Of a DNA stretch of 64,000 bases, positions 1 to 9,742 are shown one piece after another. Made by a program: the position numbers and the translations under genes. Every line of letters starts with the position of its first letter. Within the stretch, counting starts at the first letter, position 1. Origin of the DNA: Pristiophorus japonicus (lineage: Eukaryota); assembly GCF_044704955.1 (NCBI RefSeq), contig NC_091984.1, positions 104,532,001 through 104,596,000 on the forward strand, read 5' to 3'. The notes below the pieces were generated by a model. The model was not told where the DNA came from and ran no database searches. It saw only the letters and a list, made by a program, of their open reading frames with translations.

Positions 1-400
1 GAGCTACCCCACCTCCTTTCCCCCCTTGTCTATCTTTCCAAATTGTCAGATACCCCTGTATGTTTAATTCCCAGTCTTGGCCCCCCTGCAAACACGTTTC
101 TGTAATGGCCACCAAATCATAACCATTTGTAATGATTTGTGCCGTCAACTCATTTACTTTATTTCGAATGCTGCGTGCGTTTAGGTAGAGTGTTTTAATA
201 CTAGTTTTTAAACCATGATTTTTAGATTTGACCCCTCCTGCAGCCTTTATATTCATACATATTGTCGCTTCCTGTCACCTTGTGGTTTACACTTACCCCA
301 GTGCTACTCTGCTCTGTTGCCTCCTGCCTTTTGCATTCTTTCTTGGGGTCCTGTTATCTGAGTTCTCACCCACTCTAACTATAGCTCTAACCGCCTGTAG
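1..400 (-). mobile_element. CR1-type LINE fragment (start of ORF2 APE endonuclease), runs off the left edge
   Basis: Minus strand reads LYLNARSIRNKVNELTAQIITNGYDLVAITETCLQGGQDWELNIQGY, matching the CR1 endonuclease N-terminus also seen at 41720. Confidence 0.85.
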
Positions 401-663
401 CTCCCAGGAACAGCCCGGGGCAGCAGGTGTGTCAGCCAGAGTGCGGGGCAGGCAAGGATTGCGAGCTACCAACACCGGCAGCCCCAAGTTTTAACTCGGC
501 TTGGCAGCAGGGGAAAGAGGGCGAGCCAATACAAGAAGGGCCGGAACCAGGGCCAATGCACCCGGTCCAGCAGCAGTAGTTTGGCCCGCCTGATGCCAAT
601 GGGGCAGCAGTACCCCTCGAAAGCAACTTTGTCGTCCCCCACGACACCCAAAAACTGAGGGCT

Positions 664-1525
664 ATGATAGGCCACCTAAGTAAGCTCACCCAACAGGGGA
701 ATCCCTCGGTACACTTCCTGGAAGTGGAACACACAGGGGATATTAACGGGTGCAATGATTCGGAGCAGGCTAAGCTGTTGCTCTTCTCGCTTTACACCAA
801 GCTGTGCCATTCCCTCTCTGCAGACAGTAGAAAGGGGCGAAACACGTACGCTACGGTTAAGGAGGAGGTTCTAGAGGCCATGGGTATGAACGACGGGAGT
901 CCTTTCTCCCGGGTGGAGAAAACAGTGCAGCTCTATGGGGAGACTCCACAGGCTTTCGCCGACAGGTTGTGGCCGGTCTACGAAAGGGCCTGTGATGGGG
1001 TTCTTAACCAGGCCCACCTGAACCCTAACAAGCTGGCTCACCGGCTCCACAGCCTGGTGGCAAACAGCTTACCTGGAGTAAAGGCAAAAGCCGAGGTCTG
1101 GTTCGATCCAAGAGATCCCAGAACCACCGAGGAGACAGTGGTCAGACAGTTGACACTGGCTTACCGGAACGGTAGAGGGACAGAGGAGCCCTCCTCCTAA
1201 AGGGAGGGTTCATGAGATTAAACCCAGCCAAGGCAAGAGAGAGTGGCATCAGGAAGGTGGGAACCCTCCCCACAAAGGGGGCGAGTGTTTTGGGTGTGGG
1301 AAAAGTGGGCACTGGAGGAAGGACTGTGGGAAACCCTGGAAAGAGACTAAGGGAAAGGCCGCTCCAGCCCCAGCCCGTAAGGCCGGGGCAGGAACATCCG
1401 ACTCAAATGAGACACTCGTAGCCGCCCTACAGACACTTATAAACTGACAGGGAGCAGTAGCCATCTCAACCGGTCCAGTAGCTGGTATGGTAAAACCCTC
1501 TGCTCCAACCCACCCAAATGCATGA
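664..1525 (+). pseudogene. Retroelement gag remnant with zinc knuckle
   Basis: Capsid-like ORF, a frameshift near 1195, CX2CX4HX4C at 1286-1327, an internal TGA near 1445 and a terminal TGA at 1523-1525. Confidence 0.75.
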
Positions 1526-2215
1526 CTAGAGCCAGCGCAGCCTGTGTACCTGTGTTCCCTAGAGTACGATGCCTGGAAGAGACCGTGCGTTACGATGGAG
1601 GTGGAGAAAGTGAAAGGGACCTATCTGCTAGATACTGGTGCTTCCAGCACCCTTGTATATGCAGATAACCCAGCTACCTCACCTCTATCGAACAGGGTCC
1701 CGTACAGTCTAGTGAGGTTCACAGGTAATGAGCAAACTGGTTCGTTTTCCATCCCACTCACCATTCAGTTAAAATGGAAGTGTGTCCTGATGAAATGGGA
1801 GCAGAAGGGAAAAGGGATACTGGGGGCTGATTTTATCATTGGCCACCAGATCCTAGTGGATCTCAGGAACCACTGTCTATGGGGAGCCATAGTGACTGAC
1901 AGGGAAGGTGAGGTGGCGGTGATCCCAGAAAAAGGGGCCAAGGGAACATTGTGTACCGTGAAGCCAAAGGAGCGTTATGACTTGGAATTACTGGTCAGTA
2001 ACACCCCAGTGGAGTACCAGGCATATGTACGGGCACACCTTGCAGCATTCGCCACATACAAACATGACTGTGGTAGGGTAACGGGGATGGAAGTTAGTAT
2101 AGTAGGGGACCCCATGACCCGACCACAAAAGCAATATAACTTCCCCAGGGAGGCAGAGGCAGACCTGACAACGGCACAAGCAGCCTGCTTCCTCTACAGT
2201 GAAGAAATGGAATAG
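1526..2215 (+). pseudogene. Retroelement aspartic protease and truncated RT start
   Basis: LLDTGAS active site and GILGADF motif; in frame with the gag zinc-knuckle frame. Confidence 0.8.
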
Positions 2216-3318
2216 TGAAGGAAACTACCAGAACTCATCAGGAACTGACCGAGCACGAGGCCCACGAAACGGAAGGTTGTCAGCAACCAAACTGACAACC
2301 ACTCTACAATCTACTTCTGAATGACCCAACGGGGGAGAAATTACCAAAAGGGACTAACTAATACTATTCCTAACCAAAGAAAGTGGGTACTTACTCCATA
2401 CATCCAAAACGCAACTTAGCGCATCAACGGACGCACCCCAACCGAAGACTACGCAGTCCGAAGTCCTCTCCTCTGTCCGGGGTGCAGCTCGCCTAGAAGG
2501 CCAAGTGTAGCGAACCCCAAAACCGTGATTCACCGGCAACTGTCTAAAGGGATTGGTGAGCATAGTCCCTGAACCCTCAGAGCTGTAACTTAGTTAGTTA
2601 GGGGAATTGGGAGGGGGGAGGCTGGGATAACTTGTGTAAATGTATCTGCATTCTCCTCTTTACCCCATTTCGAGTTTAAGCTGTATTCTTTTCCCCACAG
2701 GCTGTAATTTGACATTTTATTCAATGTGTTGTACCCCTCAGTGTGTATTGGTCTGTGTGTGTTATTAAAGGTGTGCCTTTTACTACTTTTTAAACACAAT
2801 AAAGCCATACCTGCTTCCTATCTTGAAACCGATTGTCTGTCCAAGTCTGTCGCAGTGCCTTCATAATTCCAGTGTCGAGAACCAAGGGTGTGGGAGCGAT
2901 TCGGAACCGCTCATATAAGGTCAGAAGGGAAAGCTGACCCCCCTGCAAACCACCCCTTACAACACTAAAGAATCAATTAATCTCACTTTTGAGTCTGCAG
3001 TTGTGATTGAGTGCGATCTTTGTATAGTATTTCTTCAATGAACATAGCTACTATATGATAATCATTTTGAACGCTGTGCACTTTAGTCTATATAATAAGA
3101 TTTATTCTTAATTCCTGATTCAATTGTTTAAAAATCATTCTTTTTATGTAGATGCAGTATTTGTGATTTCAGTCTGCTATTTGAGATATTTTAAATCAAC
3201 AATATCTTCATTAAAGGAATAAAGAGTTACATTAAACAGAACAGAAATTAGATCAAGTGCTGAAAGGCTTTTGGACCATATAAAGAACAAAAGGAAAGCC
3301 TCCAAATAAGCAAACCGT

Positions 3319-3887
3319 ATGAGGGCCTTGGTGAGGCCTCACCTGGGATATTGTGTTCAGTTTTGGTCTCCTAATCTGAGGAAGGACGTTCTTGCTATGG
3401 AGGGAATGCAGTGAAGGTTCACCAGACTGATTCCAGGGATGGCTGGACTGACATATGAGGAGAGACTGGATCAACTGGGCCTTTATACACTGGAGTTTAG
3501 AAGGATGAGAGGGGATCTCAGAAACGTATAAGATTCTGACAGGACAGGACAGGACAGGTTAGATGCGGGAAGAATGTTCCCGATGTTGGGGAAGTCCAGA
3601 ACCAGGGGACACAGTCTTAGGATAAGGGGTAGGCCATTTAGGACTGAGATGAGGAGAAACTTCTTCACGCAGAGAGTTGTTAACCTGTGGATTTGTTGAT
3701 GCCAGTTCATTGGATATATTCAAGAGGGAGTTAGATGTGGCCCTTACGGCTAAAGGGATCAAGGGGTATGGAGAGAAAGCAGGAAAGGGGTACTGAGGTG
3801 AATGATCAGCCATGATCCTATTGAATGGCGGTGCAGGCTCGAAGGGCCAAATGGCCTACTCCTGCACGTATTTTCTATGTTTCTATG
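3319..3887 (+). mobile_element. CR1 LINE 3' fragment
   Basis: RT C-terminal region (LYTLEFRRMRGDL) plus 3'UTR ending in ttctatgt repeats; nearly identical to the 3' ends of the copies ending at 15764 and 44552. Confidence 0.92.
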
Positions 3888-4625
3888 AAATTAAAATGTA
3901 AATAATTAAGAAAACAGCATAGGAAACAGCTTCAGAAAATCAGTGCATTTGACAAAACCTGTACAGTTCGAAAAAGCAACAAAATCACAGCTAAAGTTAT
4001 TATGGTGGGGGGGGGGGGAAATCGAATGATTCTAACTTACTTATTTGAATTGATGCAGCTTTTTGCTGTGCCTGACAAGAGATCCAATTCCAGACTAAAT
4101 TGGTGAAATGCAACAGAGATATAGAATACTGTCTGAAATGGATACTAAAAGGCTTCTAATGTGACCTAGGTGAACAACTTAGGAAAAGCAGCTATATTTA
4201 TCACCATGCCACTGTTGCCGTCACGGCTGAGTACCCACCCCCTAAATTTTCCTTTAGCCACTGAAGTAAAAAAACTCTTATGCGATATGAAAGAAAAGTA
4301 TCACCAATTTTGCCCTGCAAATGTGTTGGCTGCTTTGACTAGCATTAATAATTGTGGAGCAACCATTGTCTCCAATATCCAACCCTCCCAGCTGGAAAAG
4401 TAAGACGAGTCAGAGGTCCTTGTTGGAGTTTCAAATATTGTTTTTTAAATCCTTAGCAGCAAAGTAACTGAATTCTAGTTAGAAAGTGTCAATACTTCAG
4501 ATATTGCTTTTCCAATTTCCAATATTAAGAACTGAAAATCGTGAAGCATTTAATATTCATAATCATGCTTTATTTGGCATTACCTTAATTCAGAGATATA
4601 GAATACGGTCAGTCACTGCAAGGAG

Positions 4626-4713
4626 AATAATTTTAGCTAAATTGTTTATGAAGCTTACAGCCAAAACCGGAGAAAGCTGTGGCCTGATGTTTTGAAATGT
4701 AGCTAAGATTATT
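4626..4713 (+). promoter_or_regulatory. Eukaryotic type I SECIS element, probably in the DIO1 3'UTR
   Basis: Helix I pairs 4626-4639 with 4700-4713 (14 bp, one G-U). ATGA core at 4648-4651 faces TGAT at 4685-4688. Helix II is GCTTACAGC/GCTGTGGCC. The apical loop carries AAAA (4663-4666). Layout resembles the human DIO1 SECIS as I recall it (TTGTTTATGA..CACAGCC.AAA..GGCTGTG..TGAT), and DIO1 neighbours HSPB11 tail-to-tail in human. Confidence 0.85.
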
Positions 4714-4747
4714 TAAATCAGTGGAATCGAGTTTTATATTCCGTGCT

Positions 4748-4753
4748 ATTAAA
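4748..4753 (+). terminator. Candidate polyA signal (ATTAAA) of the SECIS-containing transcript
   Basis: ATTAAA 35 nt after the SECIS, followed by a GU-rich tract (ggtgttttggatgttt, about 4770). Confidence 0.5.
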
Positions 4754-5008
4754 TAATTACTATTCCACAGGTGTTTTGGATGTTTCCATTGTATTACATT
4801 GAATAGACTATTTACCCTAAAGAGAATGGAATATTTTTACATTTTATCCCCCAAATATTTTCAAATATAAAACCTATCCAATCTGTTGCAATTTTGGGAT
4901 AAAAATATTTTCAATTCAAAACATTGTGATGCATCATTCAGATTTTGATCAAAAATACTTTCAGGAGTTACTAATGAAGACCGCGACAGTATTGCAAAAC
5001 AAAAATAA

Positions 5009-5014
5009 TTTATT
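5009..5014 (-). terminator. IFT25 polyA signal AATAAA
   Basis: tttatt on + strand, about 120 nt beyond the IFT25 stop. Confidence 0.65.
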
Positions 5015-5136
5015 CACAAAGATAGCAATTCAATAATTAATGATTTGTAACAAATACTGCAAAAATATTTACACTAGTAACATTGTTCAGCCTCAATGTT
5101 TCACATTTTAAATTCTGGTTTTGTAACAGTTGTGCT

Positions 5137-5247
5137 CTAGACTCGAGCATCTTCTGTACCTTCCACTGTCACCTTGTGTACCGACACAAAATGGTCAAAA
5201 CCAGATTTGATGACAAATCGTAGGTGTATAGCGCTGGTCCCATCCTG
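5137..5247 (-). CDS. HSPB11: IFT25/HSPB11 coding exon 5 (last)
   Basis: QDGTSAIHLRFVIKSGFDHFVSVHKVTVEGTEDARV*; CAG acceptor, phase 0. Confidence 0.93.
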   Translation of the reverse strand, partial: QDGTSAIHLRFVIKSGFDHFVSVHKVTVEGTEDARV

Positions 5248-5925
5248 CTGCATAGAGAACATATTTGTTAATTCACATTCCATTTTGTTTAATGTTACTG
5301 TTCTCCTAGTAGCTTAGTTGGTAGAGGTGGTGCCCAGTGCTGTATTGAGCCACATAGACCAGAAAGTTCCTGGTTTAATCTATTATGTGCTCAGTTGGCT
5401 GATTACAAATAGTGTAACAGAAGGACATTAACTTTGCTGGAAAATACATGCCTAGGATAAGAGCAGAATAGGTCTCAGCTTTGACATGGTCATTGCTTAT
5501 GTATGAAGAGTGTTTATTCAGGCTAGGTACTGAGGCTGCTGTTGCCCAGCAAGACACAGCCTTTCAAGAGCGATGGGGGAAAAAAATCAAACCTGAGGAG
5601 TGGAATTAATGAAATGGCACCATTTCTTGTCACAATAACATTTTCACATAAGTAAAATTGTACATATCAATATTTGAGATGTATATTTGTTTTATTTCAC
5701 TCCTCAACTTAGTGTGCAGTCTACCTTGCGCTCCCAACATATTCAATATTACTTTGAACCAGCTGTTCAAAGGCCCATTTTCCACATGGTTTGACACAGC
5801 ATTGGTAACGTGTACTCAGTATGACATTCTTTGAATTGCCCCCACTTTCTCCAGTGAACTGCCTACCTATAATCATTTCATAGAGTAATATTTCCAAAGT
5901 TTTTTGAAATATAAAATGGACTTAC

Positions 5926-5969
5926 TGTAAATTCTTCTATTTGAAGCTGTTCCTCGGAGCGCTCAAGTT
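5926..5969 (-). CDS. HSPB11: IFT25/HSPB11 coding exon 4
   Basis: (E)LERSEEQLQIEEFT; AG/GTAAG, 44 nt, phases fit. Confidence 0.9.
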
Positions 5970-6078
5970 CTGATAAAAAGACAGCATCACAAAATGAAAC
6001 CAGCAGATGAACTGCAACAGGGTAATTTTTTTCCACAGTAACCCTGATGATATTGAAATGTTTGTTGAATACACTTAC

Positions 6079-6147
6079 CGCTCTTAGTTAAAGGTTCGAA
6101 GTCGACAGGATCTCTTGCCACACTTTTCTCAATACTAAGACTGCGCA
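6079..6147 (-). CDS. HSPB11: IFT25/HSPB11 coding exon 3
   Basis: VRSLSIEKSVARDPVDFEPLTKS; AG/GTAAG, 69 nt. Confidence 0.92.
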
Positions 6148-6582
6148 CTAGAACAGTGAATCAAGTAGAAACGTATTACTTTTGGAAGGTTTGGAATTAT
6201 TTCAAGTACCTGGTGTCTTGCTGTATTCTAATCAACGTTAGCAAGATAAAGTTAAATGTTTACTCATATACATTTACATTTGACTTTTTTTTAAATTAGT
6301 TCATAGGATGTGGGCGTCACTGGCAAGGCCAGCATTTATTGCCCATCCCCAATTGCCCTTGAGAAGGTAATATACCTCATATTAGCCCCCCCTCTCAAAA
6401 CTGAATATTTATTCACTATGGCAAATGGATGAAATTCAGGTAAAGTTTATTAATAATTAAGGAATTTCTCTTCTTTGAATTTTTCTTTTATACATGTACA
6501 GAACAAGATAAAATAGCCCTTTCATCAGATTAAATCCTTAGTTTATTCAAATACAGTGATTAAGAAACAGCAAAGATCTTAC

Positions 6583-6689
6583 CATTATAACAGTGAATTT
6601 TCACAGAGCTAATTTTTATAAGATTAGCAAAACTTAGGATAAATTCTTGCGGGAACATTCCTGTTGTGATCCAAAATGTTTCTGTATTA
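6583..6689 (-). CDS. HSPB11: IFT25/HSPB11 coding exon 2
   Basis: NTETFWITTGMFPQEFILSF, matching human NPETFWTTTGMFPQEFII; AG/GTAAG. Confidence 0.95.
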
Positions 6690-7514
6690 CTGTAAGAAAA
6701 AGTATGAGAAGTCTTATATATTCCAGAGACTTGGTATTTTTGTTTTTGCAATTTTCATCCCTGCCTTTCCTATTAATGTTGGATTACAGTTTCACAGGTT
6801 CTTGCTGAAGTGGACATTTTTCATGACTGAGCCTAGCTAACAACTTAGATTTATATAGCACCTTTAACATTGTAAAACATCCCAGGGCACTAGACAGTTA
6901 GGAGGAGGAAAGGAAATCAGCCAGTTTCTGCTCCAACTTCTGGGAGCATGCCCACTTGGACAAGGTTTATCAAATTTACTTCTCATTTGGGGGTAAACTC
7001 TATATTTACTCAGGATAGTCAACAATGTTTCTGCCATCGTCATTCAGGACCACACACCAGCGAACAATTTTTTTTTCTCTCCGAGAATAGCCAGTGGCTC
7101 TGGAAATGTGCTCCATTACAGTGCCTTTGGAAGAGGAGGAAGAAAAAAAAAGGGTGTACAAATAAAATGGGAAAATTCTGCAATGGAGTATGAGCTACAA
7201 AACTTGCTGAATACTATCTCGTCCTTGGTCTAAAGTACCAGGACAGGGATAGTAAAAAAATCTGAGATACAGCATTGAGGGACTGTGCCACACAGTGGTC
7301 AGATGTGGTTTTGTGCCAATGGGCACCTGCCCGAAGAAACAAATTCCTGATCTCAGCTGGGCTACTTTGGGGAGGGGAGGCACCGAGCCAGGGGAGAGAG
7401 GGAGTGCAAACCAGCATCGTAAGTGGGGGGGGGGGGAATTGGGTGGCTTGGAGCTGGGAGTTTCTCGCTGACCTGCATTGACTCTTGGTTAAGCAACATC
7501 TCAATTTTAGCTCC

Positions 7515-7824
7515 TCACTATCTCTAATCTACTCCAGCCCTACAACACTCTGCGCTCCTCTAATTCTGGCCTCTTGAGCATCCCCAATTTTAATTGCTCA
7601 ACTATTGGTGGCTGTGCCTTCACCTGCCTAGGCCCTAAGCTTTGGAATTCCCTCCCTAAACCTCTCCACCTCTCTTTCCTCCTTAAAACCTACCTCTTTG
7701 ACCAAGCTTTTGTTCATCTGTCCTAATTTTCCTTTTGTGGCTCGGTGTCAAACTTTGTTCGATAATGCTCCTGTGAAGTGCCTTGGGACATTTAACTACG
7801 TTAAAGGCGTTATATAAATATAAG
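7515..7824 (+). mobile_element. L2-type LINE 3' end
   Basis: Same sequence as the 3' part of the longer copy at 24830-25515. Confidence 0.75.
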
Positions 7825-8251
7825 GGGGGAGAAATTTGGTAGTTTAGTGCCACCATTAGCGCCAGAGAGGGGCACGAAGGGGCCACTAAACACCTGCTGT
7901 GAACTTCATTGGTGGTCATTTAGCGCTGCACACTCTAGTGCCGCCCACTTGCTGATATGTTTCTGAAATGGGGCAATATCACGGGTATGAAGAGACAATT
8001 GTTAATAGTCAAATTTTTTACAATGACTTGTCTCTCCCATTTTTTTGCACATTTCACATAGTCGACCTCACCTCTTTAGGCACTAGAATGCCGGTATCCT
8101 TACATCTTAAGTTGTACAACGCTTCCCTCTATTCTCCTTGGGACGATACAACTGAATATCCCACCTTGAGGCGAAAGACATCGCCCAGCGCTAAAGGTAG
8201 CGCGCAAATAGAATCACCGCCTCAAAGAAGGCGATACCGAATTTCTAACCC
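7825..8251. mobile_element. Harbinger-like MITE inserted in the L2 tail
   Basis: Imperfect 17-bp TIRs gggggagaaatttggta / taccgaatttctaaccc; 3-bp TSD AAG on both sides. Confidence 0.7.
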
Positions 8252-8409
8252 AAGTTGTTATCTTGGTGGTGGGAGCGTTGAAAAACGCGGCACAAGCTGT
8301 GAGGGAGTCCAGCACCCTCAATTGATTCGCATCCTCAGAACTCCCGGAGTCTGTGCCCCCGCTACCCGGACACGGCCCCAGTTAACCGGGGGCAGGGGCT
8401 CGTCCTCAC

Positions 8410-8504
8410 CCGTCGATGATATTCTCCGGCGGATGTTTCTCATCTCCAGACGCCGCCAACACAAGCTGTGTCCCCGCGGCCGCCAAACCGAAATCCCGCT
8501 TCAT
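8410..8504 (-). CDS. HSPB11: IFT25/HSPB11 coding exon 1 (intraflagellar transport protein 25, 141 aa in total)
   Basis: MKRDFGLAAAGTQLVLAASGDEKHPPENIIDG, then GTGAG donor; DEKHPPENIIDG is identical to human. Confidence 0.95.
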
Positions 8505-8695
8505 GTCGGCCTCCCCGTTACCACAACAATCCGTCACTTCCGGCTCTTCACAAAAGCGCTCCCCTGTATGTCCCATTTGCGATTCCGGCCGCATGAGATG
8601 CCGCGAAGCGGGTGCGTTACTCAGTCGCTGCATTCCACACGTTATCGGGCAACCCTCGTCACTGTCCGGCCGGGTGGTCGCCTGAAAGTGGGCGG
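8505..8695. promoter_or_regulatory. CpG-rich bidirectional promoter of IFT25/LRRC42, including the probable non-coding LRRC42 exon 1
   Basis: Head-to-head genes; CpG-rich; ETS motif CACTTCCGG (8535-8543) abutting CGTCA; X-box GTTATCGGGCAAC (8641-8653); + strand donor GTAAGT at 8696. Confidence 0.75.
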
Positions 8696-8768
8696 GTAAG
8701 TGATGGACTGGCTCCGGACTGGGAGAGGAAATAGAAACGGACGGGCTCCGCTCCCGGGTCAGCCATCT

Positions 8769-9227
8769 GCCCCCCCTCACTCCACCCCTCCCCTCACTCC
8801 ACCTCCCCTCCCTCCCCTCACTCCACCCCCCCTCCCCTCCCCTCCCTCACTCCACCCCCCCCTCCCCTCCCCTCCCCTCANNNNNNNNNNNNNNNNNNNN
8901 NNNNNNNNNNNNNNNNNNNNNNNNNNNNNNNNNNNNNNNNNNNNNNNNNNNNNNNNNNNNNNNNNNNNNNNNNNNNNNNNNNNNNNNNNNNNNNNNNNNN
9001 NNNNNNNNNNNNNNNNNNNNNNNNNNNNNNNNNNNNNNNNNNNNNNNNNNNNNNNNNNNNNNNNNNNNNNNNNNNNNNNNCACTCCCCCCCCTCTCACCC
9101 TCACTCCCCCCCCCCTCACCCTCACTCCCCCCCCTCACCCTCACTCCCCCCCCTCTCACCCTCACTTCCCCCCCCTCTCACCCTCACTCCCCCCCCCTCT
9201 CACCCTCACTCCCCTCTCAACCCCCCT
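8769..9227. repeat. C-rich low-complexity tandem repeat flanking a 200-N assembly gap (8881-9080)
   Basis: Variants of (ctcaccctcactccccc)n on both sides of the N run. Confidence 0.9.
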
Positions 9228-9275
9228 TACATTTTTTTAAATTATATAAATTTTAATTTTTCAGATTGTCTTCCA

Positions 9276-9742
9276 ATGTCTTCATACACCAATACAAGTC
9301 CTGCGTTTGAATTTGGACCTATCTATGTGCGTGAACAGGGACAACTGCACCTGTTAAATGGTGCTTCAAACTTGAAGGCAAGCACTGGAAAACCCAAGTC
9401 ACTGCGACTGTTTCAAAAGAGTTTCACTGTTAAATTGTGTATCGAAGATGGAGACAAGCCAAACGCTTGCAGGACTGATCACATTGTCTTCACTTACACA
9501 AAGGAAGGGAATCTTCGCTATTCTCCCAAGTCACTTTTTGACGTGGTGCTTGGTTTTATAGCTGACAACATACAGCACGTTGACTCATTAATTGGCTTCC
9601 CAGAGCAGATTGCTGAAAAACTTTTCACTGCAGTAGAAGCAAGAAAGAAATTTATTGACCCCGGCACAAGTACCAAGGCTCTGTTTATATTCAGTGAGGC
9701 CTATGGAAGTCTTGTGCTCCAGTCCCTGTGTTTACGAGAAAG
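9276..9742 (+). CDS. LRRC42: LRRC42 first coding exon (leucine-rich repeat-containing protein 42)
   Basis: MSSYTNTSPAFEFGPIYVREQGQLH...FTYTKEGNLRYSPKSLF...SLIGFPEQIAEKLF; acceptor at 9263-9264, donor at 9743. Confidence 0.96.

Larger units (their letters stand above)
400..2964 (+). mobile_element. Decayed, internally deleted LTR retroelement (Ty3/Gypsy- or retrovirus-related): gag, protease and 3' LTR remnant
   Basis: Gag-like ORF 664-1200, frameshifted into the CCHC knuckle CFGCGKSGHWRKDC (1286). Aspartic protease YLLDTGASS in 1544-2215. Pol is cut just after PQKQYNFP. LTR-like tail with AATAAA (2798-2803) ends in CA at about 2964. Confidence 0.85.

Noticed and set aside
3241-4403. DIO1 last coding exon (EIRS.. 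at 3244; LEK* at 4392-4403)
   Set aside because: No GPW.Y.P motif, suitable acceptor or continuous frame; chance similarity.
7968-8699. 243-aa + strand ORF overlapping IFT25 exon 1
   Set aside because: It starts in a MITE and runs through GC-rich promoter DNA with no recognisable domain.
8700-9275. Pro-rich N-terminal extension of the LRRC42 ORF
   Set aside because: Artefact of the C-rich repeat and N gap; the acceptor at 9264 and ATG at 9276 match the ortholog start.
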